Shown piece after piece: positions 8,437-17,676 of a stretch of 63,699 nucleotides of DNA; within the stretch, counting starts at the first letter, position 1, and every line of letters begins with the position of its first letter. Location of the stretch: contig JAFVYP010000141.1 in NCBI GenBank assembly GCA_017508555.1, forward strand, positions 1-63,699. Reading direction: 5' to 3'. A model generated the notes under the pieces. It did not search any database. It was not told the DNA's origin and saw nothing but the letters and a program-made list of their open reading frames with translations. The position numbers and the translations under genes are program-made. Source of the stretch: Lentisphaeria bacterium. GTDB lineage: Bacteria > Verrucomicrobiota > Lentisphaeria > Victivallales > Victivallaceae.

Positions 8437-9557
8437 TTTATCCTGCTTTCTTTCAACAGTTCACGGGCGAGGGCGCAGGCAGCTTCATACAGCAGCTCCT
8501 TTGTCCGCTCCCGGATGGACTCAAAAGGCGTGTCTGCGGAAACGGTTGCCTGCATTTTGGCAAAAGCCGGGGCGGCCGTTCCCAGGATCTTTCCGGAAAG
8601 CAGGGCGCAGGGAACGCCTTTTTTTCGGCAGAGCGCCGCGATCTCTGAACAGAGTTTGCCGTTGTCAGTCTGGGCGTCGGAACAGCCTTCTCCGGTAACG
8701 ACCCAGTCCGCATTGGCTATTTTTTCCTCAAGACGGACCGCCCGGATGGCCAGACGCGCGCCTGATTCAGAGCTGGCGCCGCAGAAGGCCCGCAAGCCCA
8801 GACCCAAACCGCCGGCGGCGCCGTCTCCGGGAAGCGTTTTCCCGATCATCTGCTGCTTTTTCAGGCAGGAATACAAATGAGCTAATCCCTCTTCCAGAAG
8901 GGGCAGCATCCCGGGGGTGGCACCCTTCTGCGGCGCAAAGACCGCCACGGCTCCGTTGGCTCCCAGCAGCGGATTGGTCACGTCTGAGGCAATACGGATA
9001 CGGCAGTTTTTCAATCGGGGATCCGCGCCTGCTGCGTCGATGGCGGATATGGAGGCAAGTTTGCTTCCGCAGAGGCCGGTGATGGTTTTGCCCTGTGCAT
9101 CCAGAAAAACATATCCCAGAGCTTCGGCCATGCCTGTCCCGCCATCGACAGTGGCGCTTCCGCCGATGCCGATGATGATGTCGTCAACACCGCAGTCAAG
9201 GGCTTTTTTTATCAGTTCCCCGGTTCCAAAGGTGCTTGTTTTCAGGGGATCGAGTTCCTCTTTCTGCAACAGAGCCATGCCGGAGGCTTCGGCCATTTCA
9301 AGAAAAGCTGTTTTTCCGGAAAGACCGAATTCCGCCTTTGTCATCCGGAAGAGCGGATCATGGACGCAGGCCGTATGCAACGTGCCGCCATTGGCCGCCG
9401 TCAACGCTTTGACTGTTCCCTCTCCGCCGTCAGCCAGCGGTACACAGAGGATCTGACAGCCGGGGATGACTGATAAAAATGCCTGTTTTTCGATTTCAGC
9501 GGCTTCCTGTGCCGTCATTGACCCTTTGAACTTGTCGGGGGCAAGGACGATCTTCAT
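8433..9557 (-). CDS. glxK: Glycerate kinase
   Basis: MKIVLAPDKFKGSMTAQEAA N-terminus and IGIGGSATVDGGTGMAEALG, typical of the GlxK/GarK family. Confidence 0.9.
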   Translation of the reverse strand: MKIVLAPDKFKGSMTAQEAAEIEKQAFLSVIPGCQILCVPLADGGEGTVKALTAANGGTLHTACVHDPLFRMTKAEFGLSGKTAFLEMAEASGMALLQKEELDPLKTSTFGTGELIKKALDCGVDDIIIGIGGSATVDGGTGMAEALGYVFLDAQGKTITGLCGSKLASISAIDAAGADPRLKNCRIRIASDVTNPLLGANGAVAVFAPQKGATPGMLPLLEEGLAHLYSCLKKQQMIGKTLPGDGAAGGLGLGLRAFCGASSESGARLAIRAVRLEEKIANADWVVTGEGCSDAQTDNGKLCSEIAALCRKKGVPCALLSGKILGTAAPAFAKMQATVSADTPFESIRERTKELLYEAACALARELLKESRIK

Positions 9558-10474
9558 GAACGGACCTCTTTGGAAAAGGCAGGAATACTCAATTCATTGA
9601 TACGCAGTTTGAACCACTTTTCCGCCAGCTTCTGCCAGCCTGTGACGGGGATCCCCGGCCGGTCGGCGATGCCGTAACCGTGACCGCCGCACTCGAAGAG
9701 GTGCATTTCAGCCTTGACGCCCGCATTCTTGAGAGCCTTGTACCAGAAGAGCGCGTTTTCGACAGCGATGCCGTCATCCTCGGTCTGGACGATGAAGGTG
9801 GGCGGTGTTTTTTCCGTTACGGCAAATTCAGGAGCGATCTGCCCCTCCTCCGTCACAAGATAGGCCGGATAGATCAGCGCGGTGTAATCAGGACGGAAGG
9901 AGAGCTTGTCGATCTCATCTTCCGCCGGATAGGGTTCTCCTGCCGGGGCGCTGACCGTTGCCGCCAGATGACCGCCTGCTGAAAAACCGATGACGCCGAT
10001 TTTTTCAGCGTCCACATTGAATTCAGCGGCGTAGTAACGGATGAAACGGATGGCGCGCGCCGCATCTGCACAGGCCGCCTGACGCTGCTGCGGACAGCGG
10101 TAATTCAGCAGAAAAGCGGAAAAACCGATGCTGTTGAAATAACTGCACAGCGCGTAGCCTTCGGCCTCGACGGAGGTGTAATTGTAGCCGCCGCCGGGAC
10201 AGACCAGCACTGCCGGCGCTTTCTCTTTGGACTGCACCGGCATAAAGACCACTGTGGGGATCGACACATTGTGCAGACGCAGTTTTCCGTCTCCCACGCT
10301 GTTGTCGTAAAACTGGGGAGAAGCCGCCTTTTCTTTGTCGAAAAGAGGCGCCTCTATTTGCCATAAACGGAAGGATCTCCCCCGCAGTTCGACGCGGAGC
10401 AGTTCCGGCTCCTGCGCTGAAAAGCTGCACGCTGTTTCCGGGATACAGAACGTTTTCAGAGAATCTTTCAACAT
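9554..10474 (-). CDS. Alpha/beta hydrolase (esterase/lipase-like)
   Basis: VCPGGGY and GFSAGGHLA motifs. Stop overlaps the glxK start (ATGA). Confidence 0.8.
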   Translation of the reverse strand: MLKDSLKTFCIPETACSFSAQEPELLRVELRGRSFRLWQIEAPLFDKEKAASPQFYDNSVGDGKLRLHNVSIPTVVFMPVQSKEKAPAVLVCPGGGYNYTSVEAEGYALCSYFNSIGFSAFLLNYRCPQQRQAACADAARAIRFIRYYAAEFNVDAEKIGVIGFSAGGHLAATVSAPAGEPYPAEDEIDKLSFRPDYTALIYPAYLVTEEGQIAPEFAVTEKTPPTFIVQTEDDGIAVENALFWYKALKNAGVKAEMHLFECGGHGYGIADRPGIPVTGWQKLAEKWFKLRINELSIPAFSKEVRS

Positions 10475-10486
10475 ATATACCTCCTG

Positions 10487-11815
10487 TCAATCTGCAAGTT
10501 TACCGAAAAGAGAGACCGGGTTGGTCTGGATGATTTTGACCTGCCGGAGCGTTCCCGCCTGGATTTTGTCATCCGGTTCAAAATGGACCATGATATTGGT
10601 TCCCGTTCTGCCCGACCAGCGTTCGGGATTGCGGGGACTGACCCCCTCCACCAGAACTTCAACAGTTTTCTGATACATGCCGGCCAGACGCTTTTCCACC
10701 CGGGCTGCCAGATCGGCCAGAAGGATCTGATTGCGTTCCTCCTTGACCTCTTCCGGCACAGAGTCCTGCCGTTCCGCAGATTTTGCTCCCGGACGGGGAG
10801 AGTATTTGAATACGAAGGATTGGGCGTAATCCACCTGGTTCATCACCTCACGGGTGAGGGCAAAATCCGCATCTGTCTCACCGGGGAAGCCCACGATCAC
10901 ATCGGTTGAAAAGGTGATGTCGGGAATGGCGCTGCGCAGTTCAGCCACTTTTGCAAGGTAGGAGTCCCGGGTATATTGGCGGTTCATCTCTTTGAGGATC
11001 CTGTCGGACCCCGACTGGAGGGGCAGGTGGATGTTGTGACAGACCTTCTTTGCGCGGGCAAGAGTCTCGATCAGCCGGTCATTGAAATAACTGACGTAAG
11101 GAGAGGTGTAACGGATACGCAGCAGGCCGTCGATTTTGTCCAGTTCATCCAGCAGGTCGGCAAAGGGGGAATAGCCGGGGGCAGGGGGGCGGGTATCGCC
11201 GTTGAGCCCGAAGGCGGCCACGTTCTGTCCCAGAAGCAGGATCTCTTTGACGCCGTTTGCGACAAGCTCTCTGGCCTCTTCGACCACGTCACTGATGGAG
11301 CGGCTGATCTCACGGCCGCGGACATAGGGGACGATGCAGTAACTGCAGAAACGGTTACAGCCGCGGGTGATGGCGATTTCCGCATGCCAGGTGTGGGAAA
11401 AGTGTCCTCCCATGCCGGTCAGCACGTCAAAAGAGGGCTCTGTTGCGGAAAAACGGGCGCGTGTGGCTGCGATTTCCGCAAGTTTCTCCGGCAGAGTGTG
11501 GAGCTGGCCTGTTCCCAGAACGAAGTCCAGATGAGGCAGTTCCGCCAGAAGCTGATCTCCCAGCCGCTGGGCCATGCATCCGGCGACGCCGATAATCAGT
11601 CCGGGCTTCTGCGCTTTGAGCTTTTTCATATAACCGATTTTGCCTTTGGCCTTGCGTTCGGCGGCATCCCGCACGCTGCAGGTGTTGAAAAGAAGAACAT
11701 CGGCCTCCTCTTCCGTAAAAACAATGGTGTGGCCGCAGGCTTCAAGCTGAGAGGCCATGGCGTCGGAGTCCCTTTCGTTCATCTGACAGCCGTAGGTCTT
11801 GATGTAAACTTTCAT
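10487..11815 (-). CDS. miaB: tRNA-i6A37 methylthiotransferase MiaB
   Basis: KTYGCQMNERDS, radical-SAM CNRFCSYCIVP and a C-terminal TRAM-like region. Confidence 0.92.
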   Translation of the reverse strand: MKVYIKTYGCQMNERDSDAMASQLEACGHTIVFTEEEADVLLFNTCSVRDAAERKAKGKIGYMKKLKAQKPGLIIGVAGCMAQRLGDQLLAELPHLDFVLGTGQLHTLPEKLAEIAATRARFSATEPSFDVLTGMGGHFSHTWHAEIAITRGCNRFCSYCIVPYVRGREISRSISDVVEEARELVANGVKEILLLGQNVAAFGLNGDTRPPAPGYSPFADLLDELDKIDGLLRIRYTSPYVSYFNDRLIETLARAKKVCHNIHLPLQSGSDRILKEMNRQYTRDSYLAKVAELRSAIPDITFSTDVIVGFPGETDADFALTREVMNQVDYAQSFVFKYSPRPGAKSAERQDSVPEEVKEERNQILLADLAARVEKRLAGMYQKTVEVLVEGVSPRNPERWSGRTGTNIMVHFEPDDKIQAGTLRQVKIIQTNPVSLFGKLAD

Positions 11816-11827
11816 TTTGCAAACTCC

Positions 11828-12943
11828 TCAAAGCAGGGTGAGGTTGTCCCGGTGGACCATTTCGATCTCACAGTCGCTGCCCATGGCGGCGTGGATCTGA
11901 TCGGAGTGGCAGCCCCGCAGTTTCAGACAGTCGGCGCTGGTGTAGTTGACCAGTCCCCGGGCGAAGGGCGTGCCGTCAGGACCGGCGATCTCGACTGTAT
12001 CGCCGCGCTTGAACTCTCCGGAAACATCCGTGACACCGGCGGGAAGCAGGCTTTTGCCGGCATTGAGAATGGCGCTGACTGCACCGGGGTCCACCGTGAG
12101 GCGGCCGGAGACTTTGCTGAAAAAGGTAAACCAGCGTTTGTGACCGGACAATCTGCGTCCTTTGGGCAGGAAGATGGTTCCCGTATCCTCTCCGGCCAGC
12201 AGTTTTTCAATGGTATCTTTTTCCCGGCCGTCGGCGATCCAGAGGTAGCCGCCTGCGGAGGTGACGATGTTGGCCGCCCGCAGTTTGGACTCCATACCGC
12301 CGATGGAAAATTTGGAGTCATCCGTTCCGCCGGCAAGGCCGAGGATGGCATCCGAAAGTTTGGTGACAACGGAAATACGCTCCGAGAGTTTTCCGTCAGC
12401 ATCCCGGTTGCGCAGGCCGTCCACTGTGGTCAGCAGGACCGTCAGTTCCGCACCGGTCAGAGAGCCCAGAAGGCCGGCCAGTGTATCGTTGTCTCCGAAC
12501 TTCAATTCATCCACGGAAACGGAGTCGTTTTCGTTGACGATGGGAAGCACATCGCTTTCCCAGAGGGCGTTGACGCAGTTCATCACATTGAGATACCGTT
12601 CGCGGTTGCGCAGATCCGCCGCTGTCAGAAGCAGCTGCGCCGCTTCAAATCCGTGGCGTTTGCACTCTTCGGAATAGATTGCCATCAGCGCGCTCTGTCC
12701 CACGGCGGCCAGCGCCTGGATACGGGCCAGATCCCGGGGACGGGATTTGACCTTCAGTATCTCCATGCCCATGCCCACGGCACCGGAGGTGACCAGAAGC
12801 ACCTTGCGGCCTGATTTTCTGATGGCCGCCACGCCCGCCACCAGACGGGCAATGGAATCGCGATCGATCAGAAGGCGTGTTCCGGCTTTGATGATGACTT
12901 TTTTACTTGCTGAAAGCGCTGCATTGCGTCCTTTGGTATTCAT
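11828..12943 (-). CDS. proB: Glutamate 5-kinase with PUA domain
   Basis: VIIKAGTRLL and LVTSGAVGMG motifs plus a PUA-like C-terminus. ATG 12943 is preferred because GGGGGA lies 8 nt upstream; ATG 12967 is also possible. Confidence 0.88.
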   Translation of the reverse strand: MNTKGRNAALSASKKVIIKAGTRLLIDRDSIARLVAGVAAIRKSGRKVLLVTSGAVGMGMEILKVKSRPRDLARIQALAAVGQSALMAIYSEECKRHGFEAAQLLLTAADLRNRERYLNVMNCVNALWESDVLPIVNENDSVSVDELKFGDNDTLAGLLGSLTGAELTVLLTTVDGLRNRDADGKLSERISVVTKLSDAILGLAGGTDDSKFSIGGMESKLRAANIVTSAGGYLWIADGREKDTIEKLLAGEDTGTIFLPKGRRLSGHKRWFTFFSKVSGRLTVDPGAVSAILNAGKSLLPAGVTDVSGEFKRGDTVEIAGPDGTPFARGLVNYTSADCLKLRGCHSDQIHAAMGSDCEIEMVHRDNLTLL

Positions 12944-12987
12944 CAGGATTTCCCCCTTAAATTTCATGTTTTGTTTATCATCCTATT

Positions 12988-13016
12988 AATATAGTGCTTT
13001 CCTGCTGTTTTTGCAA
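12988..13016 (-). promoter_or_regulatory. Sigma70-like promoter for proB (TTGCAA-N17-TATATT on minus strand)
   Basis: Plus-strand AATATA at 12988-12993 and TTGCAA at 13011-13016, with a 17-nt spacer counted by hand. Confidence 0.5.
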
Positions 13017-13069
13017 TCTCCGTTTTTCCGGCTTTTCAAAGAGGACGCCGGCGGTTGTTTCAAAATCAA

Positions 13070-13226
13070 AACGCGCTGTTCCCGATACGGGTAGATAAAT
13101 GATAAAAACTAAAAAATACTTCGCTTTTCTCGAAAAGGGGTGGGGTGCGGGGAGGGGAAAAAACTCTTTTCCCGCGAAAAGAGGTTTTTCTCCTACCCGC
13201 GATACCATCGACCCTTGTCGGGAACA
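13070..13226 (-). repeat. MITE/REP-like palindromic repeat, variant A, complete copy
   Basis: AACGCGCTGTTCCCGATACGGG at the left end and CCCTTGTCGGGAACA at the right end. Near-palindromic GGGGAGGGGAAAAAACTCTTTTC/GAAAAGAGGTTTTTCTCCTACCC core. Lies in the divergent proB / LysR-regulator spacer. Confidence 0.9.
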
Positions 13227-13267
13227 AAGCCTCATAAAAAAATATCCCTTGTTCCGGCTTAATATAC

Positions 13268-13295
13268 TTGACTTTCAATCAAAAATCAATATATT
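13268..13295 (+). promoter_or_regulatory. Sigma70-like promoter for the LysR gene (TTGACT-N16-TATATT)
   Basis: Read directly. The TTG that the ORF caller used as a start at 13268 is the -35 hexamer. Confidence 0.5.
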
Positions 13296-13327
13296 ATACA
13301 CCTGTTTTTAATAGCAGGAGGCTATCA

Positions 13328-14251
13328 ATGGAATTCAATCAGATCCGTTATTTTACAGAAGCGGCGGAAAAAATGCACTTTGCGCTGGCGGCGGAAGCCC
13401 TCGGCGTTGCCCAGCCCTCCCTGAGCCGGGGGATACAGCAGCTGGAAAAGGAACTGGGAGTCTCTCTTTTTGACAGGAGCAACAAGCGCAGACTCCGGCT
13501 GACAGCCGGCGGCCGCGCCTTTCTGCCTCATGCCCAGGCGGCTCTTGCCCAGCTGGCCCTCGGCAGACGGAAAGCGCAAAATACCGCCAGCGGACTGGCC
13601 GGTCATTTATCCGTCGGCGCGCTGGAGTCGGCCATGGAACGCAGGGAATTTCTGGAAACTCTGGCACTGATGCAGACAAAACATCCGGGGATCACCCTTG
13701 AGATCATTGATGACCATTCCGGCGGACTGGCCGAAAAGATCACAGCAGGCGTCATTGATCTTGCCGTCTGCCGTGACGATGCCGCTTTTTCAGGTCATGA
13801 GGAGCTTTCAGTCAAAAAACTCTTTGAAGATGAATTGATCCTTGCGCTGCCCTTCCGGCACCCCCTGGCGGCAAAAGAGAAAATAACCGCCGCAGATCTT
13901 GCCGGAAAAAAAATCATCCTTGCTCCTCAAAAGACCTCTCCCGCCTTCCATGCCGCCGTCAGGACCTTTCTCAAAAATCAGCCGCACCGGGTAGAGGAAT
14001 GCAGTCACTTTTATACAGCACAGCGTCTGGCTGAGGCCGGACTGGGCATCGCCTTTCTTCCGGCAAGCTATGAAAATCAGTGTTCAGGCCGTCTGGTCTG
14101 CCGCCATTTGGCAGAGCCACCGGTATCAGCGGTCTATACGGTATGCCGGGAGGAGGAGCATTTTTTTGCCCTTACGGCTTTTCTGGAATTGCTCCGGAGC
14201 AAGTTTGCTCAGTCCGGCAGTTCTTCCGGAGAACAATGCACGCCGAAGTGA
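13328..14251 (+). CDS. LysR-family transcriptional regulator
   Basis: FNQIRYFTEAAEKMHFALAAEALGVAQPSLSRGIQQLEKELGVSLFDR winged-HTH. ATG 13328 follows AGGAGG. Confidence 0.9.
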   Translation: MEFNQIRYFTEAAEKMHFALAAEALGVAQPSLSRGIQQLEKELGVSLFDRSNKRRLRLTAGGRAFLPHAQAALAQLALGRRKAQNTASGLAGHLSVGALESAMERREFLETLALMQTKHPGITLEIIDDHSGGLAEKITAGVIDLAVCRDDAAFSGHEELSVKKLFEDELILALPFRHPLAAKEKITAADLAGKKIILAPQKTSPAFHAAVRTFLKNQPHRVEECSHFYTAQRLAEAGLGIAFLPASYENQCSGRLVCRHLAEPPVSAVYTVCREEEHFFALTAFLELLRSKFAQSGSSSGEQCTPK

Positions 14252-15024
14252 CAGGTCAGGATCTTATGGAGCTGTTCACGGCACAGGATCCTCTCACAAT
14301 GCGTTTCCACACCGTTTTCCCTGATGCAGAAGGCCCGCAGCGTTTCCGGCGCTTCGGGGTGACGGATGAAATACTGGACGAACTCCGTCTGTCTGTGCAT
14401 GTAAAAGCGCTGTAAAAACCGTGACTCCGGCACCGTGCTGTAATAGTAGTGGGGATAAAGGAAATCCTGCGGAAAATGGGGATCTTCCGTAAAGGAATAA
14501 AAGGGAACGAATCCTTCGGGCGTCTGTGTTTTGACAACGATCCCCAGCTGCGGATCCCGTACGAGAAGATAGGCGCGTTCTCCGCGCTTCTGCTCCTGAC
14601 CGCACACCAGTTCCAGAGGAACGACGGGGCCTTGTCCGCCGATACCGGCATCTGCAATAAAGGCTCTGCCGCCGCAGTCAACGCGCAGGACCCTGTGGCG
14701 GCGCATGGGCACGGGATCCGTTTCTCCGAAATGCCAGCGTCCGAAATACTCCGTCACCTGATACCCCAGCGTGCGCAGGACCTCTGCAAACAGGCCGTTG
14801 AGTTCAAAACAGTACCCTCCCCGGCGGCGTTCGACGATACGCTCAAAGAGGGCCTCCGTTTCCAGAGAGGGGAACTCTTTTTCAGTCCGCAGGGAAAGGG
14901 TGGCATAGGGGATATGTTCCAGCTGTCCCCGCTGGAGAAGGGCCAGATTTTCAGGAGTGGCCCCTTCAAGTCCGGGAAGGCCGATAAGCTGCAGATACGC
15001 CTCCAGCTGCTGCGAAGTCATCAT
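14209..15024 (-). CDS. Arylamine N-acetyltransferase
   Basis: LEAYLQLIGL N-terminus and catalytic Cys context GGYCFELNGLF. Confidence 0.85.
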   Translation of the reverse strand: MMTSQQLEAYLQLIGLPGLEGATPENLALLQRGQLEHIPYATLSLRTEKEFPSLETEALFERIVERRRGGYCFELNGLFAEVLRTLGYQVTEYFGRWHFGETDPVPMRRHRVLRVDCGGRAFIADAGIGGQGPVVPLELVCGQEQKRGERAYLLVRDPQLGIVVKTQTPEGFVPFYSFTEDPHFPQDFLYPHYYYSTVPESRFLQRFYMHRQTEFVQYFIRHPEAPETLRAFCIRENGVETHCERILCREQLHKILTCHFGVHCSPEELPD

Positions 15025-15034
15025 AAAAAGCTCC

Positions 15035-16432
15035 TCACTCCTGCCAGAAATCCGTAGGCTGCGTCACGCCGCAGCTGCGGGCCGTGTAAACAGGTTCAGC
15101 GCCCGCTTTGCGCTGACGGATATAATCCCCGAGGGCCTTGTACGCAACGCCGCCGATCAGGACACAAACCGGGATATTGATGAAAGCCAGCAGACACTGG
15201 GAAATATCAGCGATCCCCCAGGCGATATCCATTTTAAGTCCGGCTCCGGCAAAGATCAGCACAGCGCCGGTCAGACGGATGGCAAAGAGGCTCTTTTTCC
15301 CCGGCATCCGTCCGAAAATGTATGCGAAACAATTTTCAACGTAATAGAAGTTGCCCACCAGCGTCGTGAAGGCAAACAGCACCATGGCGCAGGCGATGAA
15401 AACAGGTCCGGTCAGACCGAATGTCTGCGCCAGAGCCTCCTGCACAAAAGGCGCGCCGGCCTGTTTGGCAGAGGGAACGATCCCGGCGGAAAGACACATG
15501 AGCGCCGTGGCCGTACAGAGCAAATTGGTATCAATAAAGACCGAAAGCATCTGGACAAGGCCCTGCTTGACCGGATGGGATACATCCGCTGCCGCCGCCG
15601 CATTGGGCGCGGAACCGATACCCGCTTCGTTGGAGTAAAGACCGCGTTTGAGTCCCCACATGATGACAGAGCCGGAAAATCCGCCGAAAATGGCTTTGAA
15701 ATCAAATGCGCTGCGGAAGATCCCCGCCAGCATTTCCGGCACATGAGCGATATTGATAAGCAGTGCCGCCAGAGCAAAGAAAATATAGACCAACCCCATG
15801 ACCGGCACCAGAAAGCCCGTGATCTGAACGATCCTGCGGCAGCCGCCGGTGATGGTCAGAAAGAACAGAACGGCCGTTGCGGCGCCTGCATACCAGCAGA
15901 AAGAACTGCCGTAAAACGGGAAGGTCTCAAAGGAGCTTTGAAGATTGAACGAGGCCAGCATATTGTATCCGACACCGTAAGTAAAGATCAGGGCCAGAGC
16001 AAAGACAACGGCCAGAAATTTACTTTTGCAGACGCTTTCGATATAGAAAGAGGGACCGCCGTAACTGCTGCCGTCCGGATTTTTTCTCTTGTAGATCTGG
16101 GCAAGCGTGGACTCCACAAAAGCGGAGGCACCGCCGATGAGAGCCGTGAGCCACATCCAGAAAACAGCCCCATCGCCGCCCAGACAGATGGCGGTCGAAA
16201 CGCCGATGATGTTCCCGGTCCCCACCCGGGAGGCGGTGGAGATCATCAGTGCGCCGAAAGAGGAAACCCCTCCCTTTTCCGTCGGTTTTTCAAAGATGAC
16301 CCGCAGAGATTCCGCAAAAAGCCGCAGCTGGATGAAACCTGTTCTGAAAGTGAAGTAAAGACCTCCGGCAATGAGCAGCACAGCCAGAGGCCAGCCGGTC
16401 AGATACATGAGCGAATTGTATAAAGACTCCAT
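15035..16432 (-). CDS. Sodium:alanine (AGCS-family) symporter
   Basis: Polytopic membrane protein. GGLYFTFRTGFIQLRLF and GVSSFGALMISTASRVGTGNIIGV are typical of the AGCS family. Confidence 0.88.
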   Translation of the reverse strand: MESLYNSLMYLTGWPLAVLLIAGGLYFTFRTGFIQLRLFAESLRVIFEKPTEKGGVSSFGALMISTASRVGTGNIIGVSTAICLGGDGAVFWMWLTALIGGASAFVESTLAQIYKRKNPDGSSYGGPSFYIESVCKSKFLAVVFALALIFTYGVGYNMLASFNLQSSFETFPFYGSSFCWYAGAATAVLFFLTITGGCRRIVQITGFLVPVMGLVYIFFALAALLINIAHVPEMLAGIFRSAFDFKAIFGGFSGSVIMWGLKRGLYSNEAGIGSAPNAAAAADVSHPVKQGLVQMLSVFIDTNLLCTATALMCLSAGIVPSAKQAGAPFVQEALAQTFGLTGPVFIACAMVLFAFTTLVGNFYYVENCFAYIFGRMPGKKSLFAIRLTGAVLIFAGAGLKMDIAWGIADISQCLLAFINIPVCVLIGGVAYKALGDYIRQRKAGAEPVYTARSCGVTQPTDFWQE

Positions 16433-16447
16433 AAAAATTCCCTGTTG

Positions 16448-17662
16448 TTATGCGTTGAAAGGAGAAAGCACCCATTCAAGAACGCCCTGCGTATAAGAGA
16501 TGCACATGCCGTAATTGGTCACGGGCACGCCTTTGGCCGCAGCCCTCTGAAGCCGGGAACGCACCTCCCGCCGGTTGAGCATGCAGCCGCCGCAGTGGAC
16601 GATCAGCTTGTATTTTTCAAGATCCTCCGGATAATCCCTGCCGGAGGAAAATTCGATTTGCAGATCAGCCTGCGTACAGGCTCTGAGCAGACGGGGGATC
16701 TTCACCCGTCCGATATCGTCATCCATCGCGTGATGGGAACAGGCTTCCGCGATCAGGACCCGGTCGCCGTCCCGGAGCCGGCCGATGGCACGGGTCCCCT
16801 CCGCCAGAAGAGCAAAATCCCCTTTGAGACGCGAGAAAAGGATGGAAAAGGTGGTACAGGGGATATCCTCCGGCGTATTTTTCACCATGTGATGCACGAC
16901 CTGGGAGTCGCAGATCACCAGATCAGGTTTCCTGTTGAGCATGGCCAGCGCCTGCGGATACTCTTTTGTTTTCACAACAAGGGTCATGGCATCGCCGTCC
17001 AGAGCATCCCGGATGGTCTGCACCTGAGGCATGATGAGCCGCCCCTTGGGCGCTTCGATGTCGATGGGGACGATCAGCACAGCCAGTCCGCCGGGAGCCA
17101 GCAGATCTCCCAGAAGCGGCGGAGGGGTGATGAAATCTTCAGGCAGGACCTCTATGAGAGCCTGTTTCAGAAGCGAGACATATTTTTCCCTGTTGGCCGT
17201 ATCGGTTGCGGAAACGCAGATGACGCTCCGGGCGCCGCAGGCTTCAAGCTCTCCGGCAAGGGAACTTGCCGGCTGAACAAGATCTGTTTTTGTGACAACG
17301 GCAACAGCGGGGATATTTTTTTCACGGGCAAGTTCAAAGAGATCCTTTTCCGCCTTGCCGACGCCTTCGGGGGGACAGAAGATCAAAGCCGCGTCAGTCC
17401 GGTCAAAGACCTTCAAACTGCGGCGGATACGCTCTTGTCCGAGTTCAGTCTCATCTTCAAAACCGGCCGTGTCGATAAAAACAACAGGACCGATGGGGAG
17501 AAGTTCCATCGTCTTTTCAACGGCATCAGTGGTGGTTCCCGGCACAGGAGATGTCATGGCGACATCCTGTCCGGCAACGAGGTTGAGAAAGCTGGATTTG
17601 CCCACGTTCGTCCGTCCGAAAAGGGCAATATGCAGCCGCAGGGATTTGGGGGTCTTTTCCAT
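16448..17662 (-). CDS. hydF: [FeFe]-hydrogenase H-cluster maturation GTPase HydF
   Basis: GTPase motifs GRTNVGKSS, DTAG and TKTD. C-terminal CSHH followed about 45 aa later by HCGGC, the HydF cluster-binding pattern. Confidence 0.85.
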   Translation of the reverse strand: MEKTPKSLRLHIALFGRTNVGKSSFLNLVAGQDVAMTSPVPGTTTDAVEKTMELLPIGPVVFIDTAGFEDETELGQERIRRSLKVFDRTDAALIFCPPEGVGKAEKDLFELAREKNIPAVAVVTKTDLVQPASSLAGELEACGARSVICVSATDTANREKYVSLLKQALIEVLPEDFITPPPLLGDLLAPGGLAVLIVPIDIEAPKGRLIMPQVQTIRDALDGDAMTLVVKTKEYPQALAMLNRKPDLVICDSQVVHHMVKNTPEDIPCTTFSILFSRLKGDFALLAEGTRAIGRLRDGDRVLIAEACSHHAMDDDIGRVKIPRLLRACTQADLQIEFSSGRDYPEDLEKYKLIVHCGGCMLNRREVRSRLQRAAAKGVPVTNYGMCISYTQGVLEWVLSPFNA

Positions 17663-17676
17663 ACAGGTTCCTCAAA

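Noticed and set aside
10976-12814. 612-aa plus-strand ORF. The same reasoning covers similar 270-490-aa shadow ORFs such as 14957-16423, 16445-17707, 23050-23988, 31004-32665, 43719-44966 and 61748-62992.
   Set aside because: Each lies opposite a gene with strong family motifs (miaB/proB, the AGCS symporter, hydF, the DUF2156 gene, aspartate kinase, serC, eno). None shows a motif, RBS or plausible boundaries of its own.
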